A stretch of 63,801 nucleotides of DNA, counting the filler, from Reticulomyxa filosa (lineage: Eukaryota > Protista > Foraminifera), in NCBI GenBank assembly GCA_000512085.1. It is 21 parts of 21 records of this genome, joined end to end, with 100 filler letters (N's around TTAATTAATTAA, not from the genome) between each part and the next. Parts side by side here need not be neighbours in the genome. Positions count along the whole stretch, not along the records: positions 12,458 to 13,649 come from ASPP01028197.1; positions 13,750 to 15,188 come from ASPP01045373.1; positions 15,289 to 16,796 come from ASPP01015888.1; positions 16,897 to 18,437 come from ASPP01050459.1; positions 18,538 to 34,459 come from ASPP01025345.1; 16 more parts are not named here. The stretch is one strand, 5' to 3'. The position numbers and the translations under genes were made by a program. Shown piece after piece: positions 12,999 through 24,800 of the stretch. The notes beneath the pieces are model-generated. The model saw only the letters and a list, made by a program, of their open reading frames with translations, was not told the DNA's origin and did no database searches. The first letter of the stretch is position 1. Each line of letters begins with the position of its first letter.

Positions 12999-15289
12999 CT
13001 TTTTATATAGTTTTACTTTAACTTTTTTTCATATACTACTTGTCCTTCTGTTTTTGTCATTGCATCCACTTACATTGTCTACTTACTCCTTTCATTCATT
13101 TTTTTGTGTTCAGGAATACAAATATTGTTCTCTTAATTACTTTTCTTTTCGCCATTCCATCTTGAATATGAACTTTTTCAATCATTTTTTTTTAAATAAA
13201 AATATTAAAATGAAAGTGAGACAGATATAACTGCAATTTAAAAATAATATTCAATTGAAAAGGACAATATCTTTTTTGATAACTTATTTTATGAAAAAAA
13301 AGTATGAAAATCAGTTTTTTCATTTACACTCTTAATCACAGTGTTGACTTTTCACTTTCAAAATTGACTATAATGACAAAGTGTATTAAACAAGCTGTTG
13401 AGACGAAACGCAAATCAATTGTGATGTTTTATTTCAAATTCAAATACTTAAGTTTAAACAAACAAACAATAATTATCCTTTCAAATGGATGTTCAATAAT
13501 TTACAATTTAAGAAACATGAGACAAAGAAGAGATGGCTTGACAATGAAACGCATTAGTGTCAAAATAAAATCGAACCCATCTCTTATCAATTTCTTTGAA
13601 ATCTTTAATAATCTTTGGAAATTTGGACTTATAAAATCGATAAAAATGGNNNNNNNNNNNNNNNNNNNNNNNNNNNNNNNNNNNNNNNNNNNNTTAATTA
13701 ATTAANNNNNNNNNNNNNNNNNNNNNNNNNNNNNNNNNNNNNNNNNNNNCAGATTTGTCCCAACTATCTCTGTTTGAAACAGAAGCGCTTGGTCCATTGA
13801 ATGCAACATAAAGGCTGCATTGCGATGTTTGATCTTTCAAAGCAAGGTCCAGCAGCTTGTGTTGGATGGTGATATATCGACAAGTGACAGGCCGTCAGAA
13901 ATTCTGATATCCTCATTGGAGAAATCTACAGTATGAGACACAGCACGGTGACGTTGGATTACAACAATAATCACTTACTGCACATATTCGGAGGTAGGAG
14001 CGATCAAGAGTATTTGGATTTTGGGTCTGTTCTTCAATCATTGCACATTGCGCAGCCAATAAGAGACCCACATTGATTAAAATGGAACCTTATCGTCGTG
14101 TGGTCTCACACTTATAATAATGGTAAAGACAGGAGGAAGGTTACAATGTCTTCGGTGAGTAAGTCTTTTGCCGACAACACACTGCATGTGTTCCATTCAT
14201 ATCACTTCAACACGACAGCGAACAAATTCATCTTGAATCAATGCATTGTCAGTTTTTCAGTTGAAATGGCATCTCAATTTGATGCTCCACACAAACATAC
14301 ACATATAATCCAAAATGAACTAATTCACATAGAGTTGGTCATATGTCATATCGTAGTTTTCTGCACATTCAAAGGAGCAATCTTTTCATCGTCTATCCAG
14401 CGCAAAGTGATTCAATAACTCTTTTTCTTTGAGCTCTTTCTTTGAGCCTGTCAACGTAGGTGATGTGTTGATCTTTTCTTTCTTTAACATTCGTTGGCCG
14501 TGTCCACTAGATACGTGTCAATTACATCTTTCACAAACAAAGTATCGTACAATCAGGTCTTCTTTGATCGTGATAACTCTGATTCTCTTTGTGTGCATTT
14601 CCATCTCCACCTATATTTTTTGCGCCTACTTGAAGGATTAGATCTCGTTTTGCTATGTGTCAGCAGCATTTTGTGTTGGATAATATTCATTCAGGCTATT
14701 TTGTTTTATAGAGAAAAATAAAATATATCAACATACATTACCTAACATAAAATTTCAACACTTTGAAAATACAAAAATTCAATGAAGATTGATTGACTGA
14801 TTGACAGTATGCAAAGCCCACATATTGTAAATAATTGCATATTGATTCGTATTCTCTACTGGACACTTGATACTTTCTTGTGGTAATTTGTAGTTGTTTT
14901 GAGAATTTTGGAGTATATCAAATCCCACAATAAAAATAAATTCTATCAAAGTAGAGATTGCAAAATATTTCAGAAAGGGCTGCATCCCCAGTCTTGTTGA
15001 GGCTCTGTTTCTGCTTTAAACCTCTGCAGAAGGTTTCAATACCACATGCTTTTCAAAAGTCTTCTTGTTTCTTTTGTATTATCAATGCATTCAATCATGG
15101 GATGGTTCTTGCAGGGCTATCTATTTCCGCAGAAATAATTCCTTCTCTATTTTAATTTGGTTCATTTGAACTGGCCTTTGTTCTTCAANNNNNNNNNNNN
15201 NNNNNNNNNNNNNNNNNNNNNNNNNNNNNNNNTTAATTAATTAANNNNNNNNNNNNNNNNNNNNNNNNNNNNNNNNNNNNNNNNNNNNA

Positions 15290-15320
<31 letters not shown>

Positions 15321-15329
15321 AAGAAAGAC

Positions 15330-16765
15330 AGCAGGGAAGCAAGTGGTGGAATGGCTTGAATGCTATCGACGTACGAATGCAAACGAACAACGAGGCAGCA
15401 AAGACGCGTACATGTCCGAGCTTCGAAAAGAAGTGGAGAAAGGGTGGACGGAAGGAGAGCGCGGTTGGTACAATGCAAGAATGAAGGAAATAGCAATTGG
15501 ATACCATCAACACGAACTACCCTTGCAACAGCATCTATTGCGCTATTATCAATTACACAAATTATCTACGTTGATTGGGAATACAGACGAATTTGGCAGT
15601 TATCGTTATCATTATCATCCTCCTGCTCCTGCCCCTGCCCCTGCCCCTGCTCCTCTGTTGACTCTGCCTGTCGTCCAAACACAAAAGACATAACGAATTT
15701 AATGCAAGTAATGGCCAATGGACATTTGGACATGACATTGCGAAGATCTGCGGCCGATCAATTGATCGTGCTGTTCGTGCAAACAAAGACCCAATGGCGA
15801 ATGCTGCAGAGCGAGGAGCTTCTGGCACAGCTGCTGACGATTCTGCAAGAAATATTCGACTCGTCCATTGTCAAAAAACAAGCGTCGCGAAACACGATCC
15901 AAGAAATGGAGCTGTGCACCGTCACCGTGTTGGAGCTGCTCAAATTGCGAATGGAGTGCAACTGGCTGTTGGACCAATCGGACACTGTGGTGCATTTGCA
16001 CAATCCCCATTCGCTTTTGAAAGTCCATTTTTATGCGACTTTGTTGCCTTGTTACGACAAAATTTTTTTAAACTAAAAAATATATATATATATACATATA
16101 TGTATATGTATATTTCATTTAAAAAAAAAAAAAAAATAGATATGTTTCACACCCATGGTACAATTCGATATATTGTGTATTGCATTATGGCCAATGTCGT
16201 GTTTCATCCCCACGTATTGTTAAGTCATGCAGACCGGTCGCCTTTCCACGTCGCCCGAGAAAAACAATGCTATATGCCCAAGTTAGTGTCTGTGTATCCT
16301 CCGTTTCTCGCCACTGCCGCGATCAGCAACGACAAACTCCCCGCCACAACGGCAGCAACAGTAGTATCGCCACAGAAAAGAAATGAAAAGGCCAAACACC
16401 AAAGTTGGATGGAACACAAAGCGAATCGGATGGAGTTATTTCATTTGTGGATACCGAGATGCGTGTCGCAGTACATTAAACTGTACTGTCCGTTTTACAA
16501 AATCCGATGGACCAGCGTGCACACGCGAGAGTTTGAAAAGGTTGTGTCCGTCGACAAAAAGCTGGCCGCCGTCGCACATTATCACGACGCCGTTCACGAA
16601 CTGGCTGACCACTCTCTTGAGCTTAATTACTATAACCTGGCCGAAACGAGCAAGCCCATCAACGTCACCTTGTTGGGGGAGCAACTCCTGACGCAAAATG
16701 AACATGTGCAAGATATGATTCGAAAGATGATTGCTTGCAAACAGCAATACAAAGATCCTACTTCT
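15330..16765 (+). CDS. Probable rotatin (RTTN/Ana3)-like ARM-repeat protein, internal fragment
   Basis: ITNLMQVMANGHLDMTLRRSAADQLIVLF resembles the rotatin segment I recall as DLVLRKSAAEQLAVIM. Further downstream, MFHTHGTIRYIVYCIMANVVF and LWIPRCVSQYIKL follow in a compatible order. Coding GC content is elevated and there is a TA-repeat intron. Confidence 0.5.
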
Positions 16766-18261
16766 GTATACAATTTTTTTTTTTTTTTTTTTTTTTNNNN
16801 NNNNNNNNNNNNNNNNNNNNNNNNNNNNNNNNNNNNNNNNTTAATTAATTAANNNNNNNNNNNNNNNNNNNNNNNNNNNNNNNNNNNNNNNNNNNNTCGA
16901 AACAAAAGTTGTTTTCGTCAAGTTTTTTTGCAAAACTAAATTTTCATCCTGAAAAGTAGGTAACATTTCATGCTACAAAAAATTCACAGAAAGTAGTAAG
17001 TGACTTATAATTGTATTGCAAGAATAGAAAATGGAAACGAAGAAAATTTAGGGTTTTTCAAAATGAAAGAAGATATTAAGTTTTAGTAAGAAGGAAAATC
17101 GAAAGTATTGTCATTGATGCCATATTTGCTTTAGCTGTAATGTGTTTCTATAGACATTGCGTTAGAGATCAGTACCGTGATATGATATTCCTGTGTATTA
17201 TGCATATGTCAAGAATTTCTTTTTCTGTTTGGTGCCAAGCCATTTAAGGCGATGTTTTCGGTTTGAGATTGGAGTTGGATTTTCTGCTATGATTAATCAT
17301 ACGCTTAAGAGGGTTGAAGCGCAGATCGATTAAATTATGGTGATAAATCCTCCTTTTTTTGTAGGCAGACCAAGGTGTGTCGCCATAAAGACAACATGTG
17401 ATTTACATAACAGGCGCCGCAACATTTTGTACTATGTGAAAGTATAGAACAATTCTAATTCGTATTGTCGAAATAAAATCAGGTGAACGTCTCGAGGAAT
17501 GCATTTGTTTGTATTGATTGCAAGAATTTAGTTATTATACTGATCTCTTTTATAATCTTGTAGATAAATCATGTGATGATGCGTAATAATTTGGATTGGC
17601 ATGTAACGTTTGTATCGATTATGTTGTTATAATTGGATGAATTTGTGTTGTAATAAACAGCTGCACGAATTCAACAGACGAACATAGTATAGATTATTGA
17701 GTTTTGTTGGTCAATGGAAGAGCCTGGTAGTCAGATGTAATGTACGATGAACATGTGTAAGATTTAGTGAGGCGTATGCAAATGCATCCTTATGTAATGA
17801 GAATTTGGCAATGCATCCATTGTGTCTAAACAATATGATGGATCAAAATAATTCAATTGTATGTTCGATTTTTGAATCAAAATGTTGTACTAAACTGGAG
17901 TTTGCACGCAAAATTAAATTTAATAAAGTAATTTATTTCGAAAATTGCAATGAATTCATTAATAATGGAATCATTGTTTGCGCATGACTGTATCGAATTG
18001 GTCATCATATTATTTTCATGCTATATGAATCGCTACCAAATGGAATACTGACCGATGCTTCGTTAACAATGATGTTGTAGATAATGTTAAATTGTGGCGT
18101 TAGCTGTTAAAAGAAATGAATTTGAAAAAGACAATGTAAAGTCGTCAGATGATAAATAGTATAGTCACAATATGACTGACAGTACAACTCAATACGTCGC
18201 CAAATATTACGAACCGATGAATCTAAATAATGAACAACTGATCGTTAATAAATTTTTGCAA

Positions 18262-18437
18262 TACAGTAGACTGCAAAAAAACTGCCTTACCTAAATGGCA
18301 ATATACGAAGAGAATCGATTTTCTCAATGAAAAATAAAGATTTAAAACTAATTTTTTTTTTTTAAAATATATACTAATCTTGTAGTTTTTAAATATTAAA
18401 ATTTTTTTTTTTTGCTAATTTTCTTTATTGTTGATAT
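18262..18437 (+). mobile_element. Copy of TACAGT-ended TIR/MITE family at contig end
   Basis: TACAGTAGACTGCAAAAAAACTGCCTTACCTAAATGGCAATATACGAAGAGAATCGATTTTCTCAATGAAAAATAAAG; its reverse complement aligns with 65-216. Confidence 0.7.
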
Positions 18438-18848
18438 NNNNNNNNNNNNNNNNNNNNNNNNNNNNNNNNNNNNNNNNNNNNTTAATTAATTAANNNNNNN
18501 NNNNNNNNNNNNNNNNNNNNNNNNNNNNNNNNNNNNNTACATTACCAATAATTGATAATAGCTTACACTTGCGTTATGTATCAATTATGATCAACATCTT
18601 TTTGTTTATTAAATATCGTAAATAAGGTTTGCGAGAGAGAAAGATGATTTAATAGCGCATTTGATAACTCAAATGATAAGATAATTTGAAATGCTGTCAA
18701 CCTAAATAAAGAAACAGTTTTAATTCAATTATTTTCAATCAAATTGACATCCCTGAACTAAAAAAAAACGTAATTGGCATTTGACATATTAGATCGGGGC
18801 TTTGATTTTTCAATAACTTGAATTTCAATCAAAAGATAGAAGATGTTG

Positions 18849-19790
18849 ATGCAAATGTATGTTTAATTTTTGTGATTTTATTAGCTTAACTTGGATGTTT
18901 TTAACTAGCTTTGCCAAAACTTTGACCGGAAAAACCATCACTTTGGATGTACAGCACAGCTACAAATACAAACGTGAAAGCCAAAATTCGGATAAGAAGG
19001 CATTCCTCCTGAGCAACGTCTAATTTTTGCCGGCAAACAATTGGAAGATGGCCAAACCTTGTGATTATAACATCCGAAAGGAAAGCATCTTGATTTGGTG
19101 TTGCGTTTGCGAGGTGGTGCAAATGTTAAGTTTGTACAGTAAAACTAAAATTTGTTTGCAGGCTTGTTGTTTTTTTAAGTAACTATTTTTTTTTTTGCTA
19201 GCTTAACTTCTTTTTTTGCTAGTAGTACCTTTTTTTTTACAAGTGGTAATTATTTTTTTTAAGTAGTACATTTTTTGTTATTGTGAACAAAATAGTTTTG
19301 TGAAGACTTTAACCGGAAAAACAATCACATTGGACGTGTGGAACCCAACACAATCCAAAACGCAAAAATTCAGGATAAAGAATTTATTCCTCCAGAACGG
19401 CAACGTTTAATCTTTGCAGGAAAGTAATTGGAAGACAGCCACACTCGACAAAAGGAAAGCACGTTACATTTGGTTCTCCGTTGTTTACGAAGTGGAGCAA
19501 TGCAAAATGTAAGTAGTTCTTTTTATTTTTTATGCATGAGTTGTTTTTTTTTTATACGTATGCGTGTTTTTTCCGAGATTCGTTACGTATTAAATTTGCT
19601 TTTTTGTTACTTTGAAAACAGTTTCGTGAAAAATTGCCAGCAAGACAATCACGTTGATGAACACAACGATACAACCCAAAACGTGAAAGCCAAAATCCAG
19701 GATAAAGAATTCCTCCAAACAACAACGACTGTCTTTGCAGAAAGGCAATTAGAAGATGGTCGCTTAAGTAATTACTATCCAAAGAAAGAA
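18849..19790 (+). pseudogene. Polyubiquitin pseudogene (three degenerate monomers with introns)
   Basis: Repeated [12 protein letters not shown] / NVKAKIQDKE / RLIFAGKQLEDG / KESTLHLVLR segments with frameshifts. Junctions read LRGG-A (19101-19121) and LRSG-A-MQ (19485-19505). Confidence 0.9.
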
Positions 19791-19959
19791 TTTAAATTTG
19801 ATTTTGCTAAGGGCGATTGTAATTGCTTTTACCAATTTTAAATTAGTTTTGCCTTTGAAATTGGCCCCAATTGAATACTTTCTTGTATATAACGACTTGC
19901 ACAAACTTACTGTTCCACAAACAAAATAAGGCCATATCATAAGTATAAGATTTGGAAAA

Positions 19960-20900
19960 TTTTGCTCTAAGCGTCAACAAGCGCATTCACTTTTGCTCCT
20001 CCTGTATTTCTGAGCACGTCCTCAGAAACTAAGTTAGTTAATTGATCTGAGCTTTTCTCCGAATTGATTTCTAATTTCTCGCATCGACCATTTGAAGCAA
20101 GGGCAATATCTTTAAAATTTGCTTAGCTCGCATATCTACAAAGAAAGCATATACATTGATGTTTTCTTTCAGGATATTACATGTTTAAAAAATTGAATAT
20201 TAAAAAAAATGTTTTTGATCAATCTAGGAAAAAGTTATTATAAAACCAATTTCATATTTAAAGACTACAAAATTTGTATATATATTTAGAAAAAATTATT
20301 GCTAAATGTTTATTTTTCATGAATAGAATCGATAGAAAATTATCTGTTTCAAAGGAAAACTCACTTAACAATAGTGCCCACATCGAATAGTGTCCCAAAT
20401 TTTTATTATATGTATAAAGTAAATTTACATATGAATAAATAACAAAATATAACTCCTTTTTTGACATAAATTCGATTTGAACAAATTTTTCTTCTTGTAT
20501 TTGTAGTATTGAAGATCTAATATCGATTCCAGAAACATCATATTGAACTATAAATTTTTATTTTGTATTAGATGATGTAACAGCTATGTATTTTCAATTT
20601 CCTTTTTTAATTGTTCAAATGCTTCGTCATGTATTGTAGTCCATTTACAAATCAAATTTTGTACTTAATTTGCACTTTTTCTTCTGCTTTTTTTACTAAT
20701 TCAAATATTACCTTAATGTCAAAGTGATCTATGTCTTGTTTACTGGTGATTCTTGAACTTGGCAAAGAAGCTGTTACAACGCCAGAGTATATATCTTTTT
20801 CATCATATCACTTATGCGTTGACCCTTGAGTGCTTATTGCTTCTGCAACTTTGGCGTTGATTCGTATTTCTCGTCATTTTTATCTCTACTTGTGCTAGAA
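19960..20900 (-). pseudogene. Internally deleted relic paralog of the giant GTPase-SecA-vWA gene
   Basis: SKQDIDHFDIKVIFELVKK/AEEK (20670-20745) matches KQGEHFNIKLMLELVKKAEE of the giant gene. INVYAFFV..FKDIALASNGRCEKLEINSEKSSDQLTNLVSEDVLRNTGG (19970-20170) matches its C-terminal HAFYV..FEKIARISGGKCAELQINS..SDQLTDIVSTTILKHAGG. Confidence 0.8.
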
Positions 20901-20962
20901 GATGATTTGAAATAATCATAAAAATTGAATTTTTCAAATTTTCAAAACATTTATTGAAATTA

Positions 20963-21400
20963 AACAGAATTTTGCAAAAAATGGCACCTATTACGTTACT
21001 TTATGAAGAAAATCGATCCTAATTTTTTCAACAGTGTCGTTATTTATTTTTATTTAAAGTTATTTTTATTTTTTAATTGTGTTTAGCTTTAAATTTATGG
21101 TTAATTTCTTTGTTAGTCATCCATTGATTTAAAACAAAGCGAAAGTTACATTAGCGACATTATGATAAATCTAACAAAAACAAATGACTAAAAAAATTGT
21201 GAAAAAATACCCATTTAATAAATATTGTGCAATTTAACAGCAAGAAAAAAATTCTGAAGGACAGATATGACGTTTTATATATCATAAAAAAAAATTTTTA
21301 AATTTAAAAAGACATTGAAAAATAAATGAGCATTAAAATTATCAATCCCATTATTAGAAATATTTCATAATGAGTGTTCTATTTTTTGCAAACTACTGTA
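20963..21400. mobile_element. Putative complete ~440-bp MITE with imperfect TIRs
   Basis: Left end AACAGAATTTTGCAAAAAATGGCACC and right end (reverse complement) TACAGTAGTTTGCAAAAAATAGAACAC. The internal TATGAAGAAAATCGAT is shared with other family copies. The interior is non-coding and AT-rich. Confidence 0.5.
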
Positions 21401-21884
21401 TCTGGAAAATGTGGTAATATTTCTGACAGAAGCCAAACATTTTCTACAATTCGCCTATTAAAACTGCGAAATATGTCTAAAGAAATGAAATGTTGAAAAT
21501 TGATCAGTTTCATAGATTACCATTTAATGTCTGCTATTTTTTTACAATATATTTTGCGATATTTATCGCAGTCATTGAACGAAGAAATTGGAATACATTT
21601 AAATTTTCAAAATGATATATCTTTTAGATCTATTGGTCTTTGTGAAATTTTTTGATTTAGTTGCGTTTTGTTTATTGGGATGCTGTTTCTTATGTAAGAA
21701 CTGACTGCTTTTAAACTTGAAAAAAGTTTTGTAATCTATGATACAAATTAATAAGAAAACAAAGCAATCTGAAATACTTCACCCTAACGACAAATTAGTT
21801 TTCGTTTACAAATGCACCATTTTAATTCAAATATTTATGTGAGCAGAATTAATGCTACTCCTTTCACTTGCTCTGAAGTAAGCA

Positions 21885-24800
21885 TCAAATGTGCAATTTA
21901 GGTGTAAATTTGATTTTATAAGCCTCAACAAGCTCATCACCTCTCGATCCGCCAGCGTGTTTAAGAATTGTCGTAGAAACAATATCAGTTAATTGATCTG
22001 AGCCTTGCTCTGGGCCTTGATCTGAATTAATTTGTAATTCTGCACATTTACCACCTGAAATACGGGCTATTTTTTCAAAATGCCTTTTTGCTTGTTTTCC
22101 CACATAGAAGGCATGCACAGTGATGTTTCTTTTTTTAAGAAACCAAGTTCTTTTTTATAGTGAGTGGGAGAAGAGAATTCTGTATCTTTCCAATAGCTTT
22201 CTCCTTCGATCTGTCTTCTCTTTTCCACTTCCTTTCTTTTATTTGGTGGCATGTCTCCAATTAAAATAACTTGTGAAACTTCTATTTTTTTGGCTTGTGC
22301 ATTGACATAAGCGAGCCCAATTTCAATAGCTTCATTTCCCAGTCCATAATCTACACAAATGGTCTCCATAAACTTACGCAAATTATCAGGTTTCGATTCC
22401 CAGGGAGAAGCTTGCAAAATCATATCTTTAGGTGCATTGTAATTGCGATACACCACAAATTGCATCTCAAAGCAATTGGGAGGTAATCCATGTCCTTTTA
22501 AAATTATTGAAATTCGGTCAAACATAGTACAAACTGTGTTTTTTGCTTTTTGCAATAAATACTTCATGGAACCAGTTGCATCCATAAGCACTACTGTACG
22601 CGAAGCTTTTCTCTCTTCTGCTCCTTTGTTTCGCTCAAATAACATTTTCTTCACAGTATTTACTTCTTTTCTTTTTACCGATGCAATCAATTCTTCACTC
22701 GCTTTATGCTCTTTTGCAGCATATTTTATATATTTTTTATTCTCAGAGTATTGAGTTTTAAAGAATTCATTTCGCTTTGCATTGAGCATTGGATAAAGAC
22801 TATCCGATTTGCGTGCATTTTCTATTTCTATTTTGCTTGAAAATTTCTCAAGTAATTTATCACATAATACCAAACTGTAAGAACCAGATCCCCCTTGTCT
22901 GGCAGTACGCCCTTTGATTTGTACTTCCTCAGACAACTCTTCAGAAAGAAAGGTTTGAATCACATGTGGTCCACCATTGGAAGACACAATTTCATCACGA
23001 CAAACAAAGTCAGTTCCTCGTCCAAATGCTTTGGTGAACAATCCCACTTGGCCAGAACTGGTAGCACGCTTAATAAGGGATTCTTTCTCTTCGAACGAAT
23101 TTTCTTCAGTCATTACAATTGCATCATTTTTAATATCAGCAAAATTTGGTGATTCATAAAATTCCATTAATTGTTTTTTGGTCTCAAAGAACACCAATAC
23201 AGCTCTTTTTGTTCCTTGTGTTTTCCCAACAAGTCGATCATCAATTTCTTTTTTAAGAATAGTGAAATAATTATTTTCATCCACAATGAAAATGCTCCCT
23301 TTTTCTGCAAAGACGAGTCGGCTCTTGCCAAACAAAGATGGCAAATAAGTATGTTTGGAAATGTGATACCCTTTCTCCATCACTCCTTTTTCAGATGCGC
23401 TCAATGTCTCTAATGTTCCACTCACACCCATAATGCTATAAAAATGCTCGGGAACCGTTACATATGAGAAACTACCAATTTGAAATGAAAGGAATATGTT
23501 TTTTTTGAAGCTATCATCACTAATTTTATTTTGCTCGTGTTCATGATAATACGCAAATAAAGTCTTGTAACCATATCGAATATTGTAAGAAATACCATCT
23601 TGTTCTTTGTATCCAATTTTATCATTGCTTACTTGATATCCATGCGATTCAAAGACTTGGACATCATTCAACATGTCTTTAATCGCTTCATCCAACAATG
23701 AATCCCATCCTTTCAATACATTACAACATGCCTTGTATTCATTGGATTGTTTTACATTCTCCAATTTCAAAAACAACTCTCTCTTCTTCCAAATGAAGTC
23801 AATAAGTTTGGTAATGATATCATGGCGTAATGTTGCTGCAGGCGAATAGCAATTGCCATAAAAGTCTTTGCTGAAGAATACATCGACTTCGTCAATTAAA
23901 AGTACCTTTGAACGAGCAACTCGAGGAACATCACTAACTTTTTTCTCATCATCATTACCAGGAAGGATTAAATTTTCAACAAGTTTGCGCACATCACCTT
24001 CTTCATTAATAATTCTTTCACAAATCTTATTGAATGTGCCATAATAAATAAAATCAATTACACCCAAGATATTAAATAATGGCTCAAAACTTTTGAAATC
24101 TCTGCTGCTCAAGTATTCACTGTAGGACACACAACTTACATCAAAGCCAAATAATGCTAATATACAACAAGTAACCGCCAAGGTCACTGATTTCCCTTCT
24201 CCTGTTCCGATTTGAATCAAATGATTTGTCAAGCCTTTTGTTTTCTCTTCCACACCCAATATACGGAATATGGAAATCACTTGAGCTGGATGTGGTTGTA
24301 CCAAATAAGAGTCTTGATCTTTCACTCCTTGTGCATCATGATAGTATTGTGCATGTTGAAGTGTCCACAATGCAAAAATATTAGCTATCATTTCAGGAAT
24401 GCTGTTTCGAATACTTACATCCCAGTTTTCATCTTCTGGTATCTGTCTGATACCACGAGCACACATCCTTGCATTATTTGCAAATACGCCAAGTTGTTTG
24501 GAATTGTCCTTGGTTTTAATTAGATTGTCACGCACAAGTTGGCAATATTTTGTGTCAAAATTTTCAAACATTTTTTTTAATTTCGATTTGTCGATTGAAT
24601 CACCTTTGACTCTTATCTTGTCCAAAACATAGTTAATTCCATGTTCTTTGCTTTTTTTATTGAATAACGAAATCGAGTATCCTTTAAACACGCTATGCTC
24701 AGCAACAATCATTTTACCTATTCCGGTTGATTCTTTTTCCAATTGTAATGCTAATGCAGCAATACCAATACCACTGTTCTTTTTTTTGAAAGTATTCAAT

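Noticed and set aside
13750-15188. Decayed coding-like sequence
   Set aside because: No recognisable motif on either strand, and the short ORFs are inconsistent.
16897-18260. LYGDT string on the minus strand (~17375-17392) as PolB motif C
   Set aside because: It is an isolated 5-residue match followed by PW rather than DS, and I found no motif A or B in register.
22893-24300. Bacterial secA from a contaminant or endosymbiont
   Set aside because: It is fused to GTPase and vWA domains, the gene has a spliceosomal-type intron, and the contig also carries intron-containing polyubiquitin and SAM genes.
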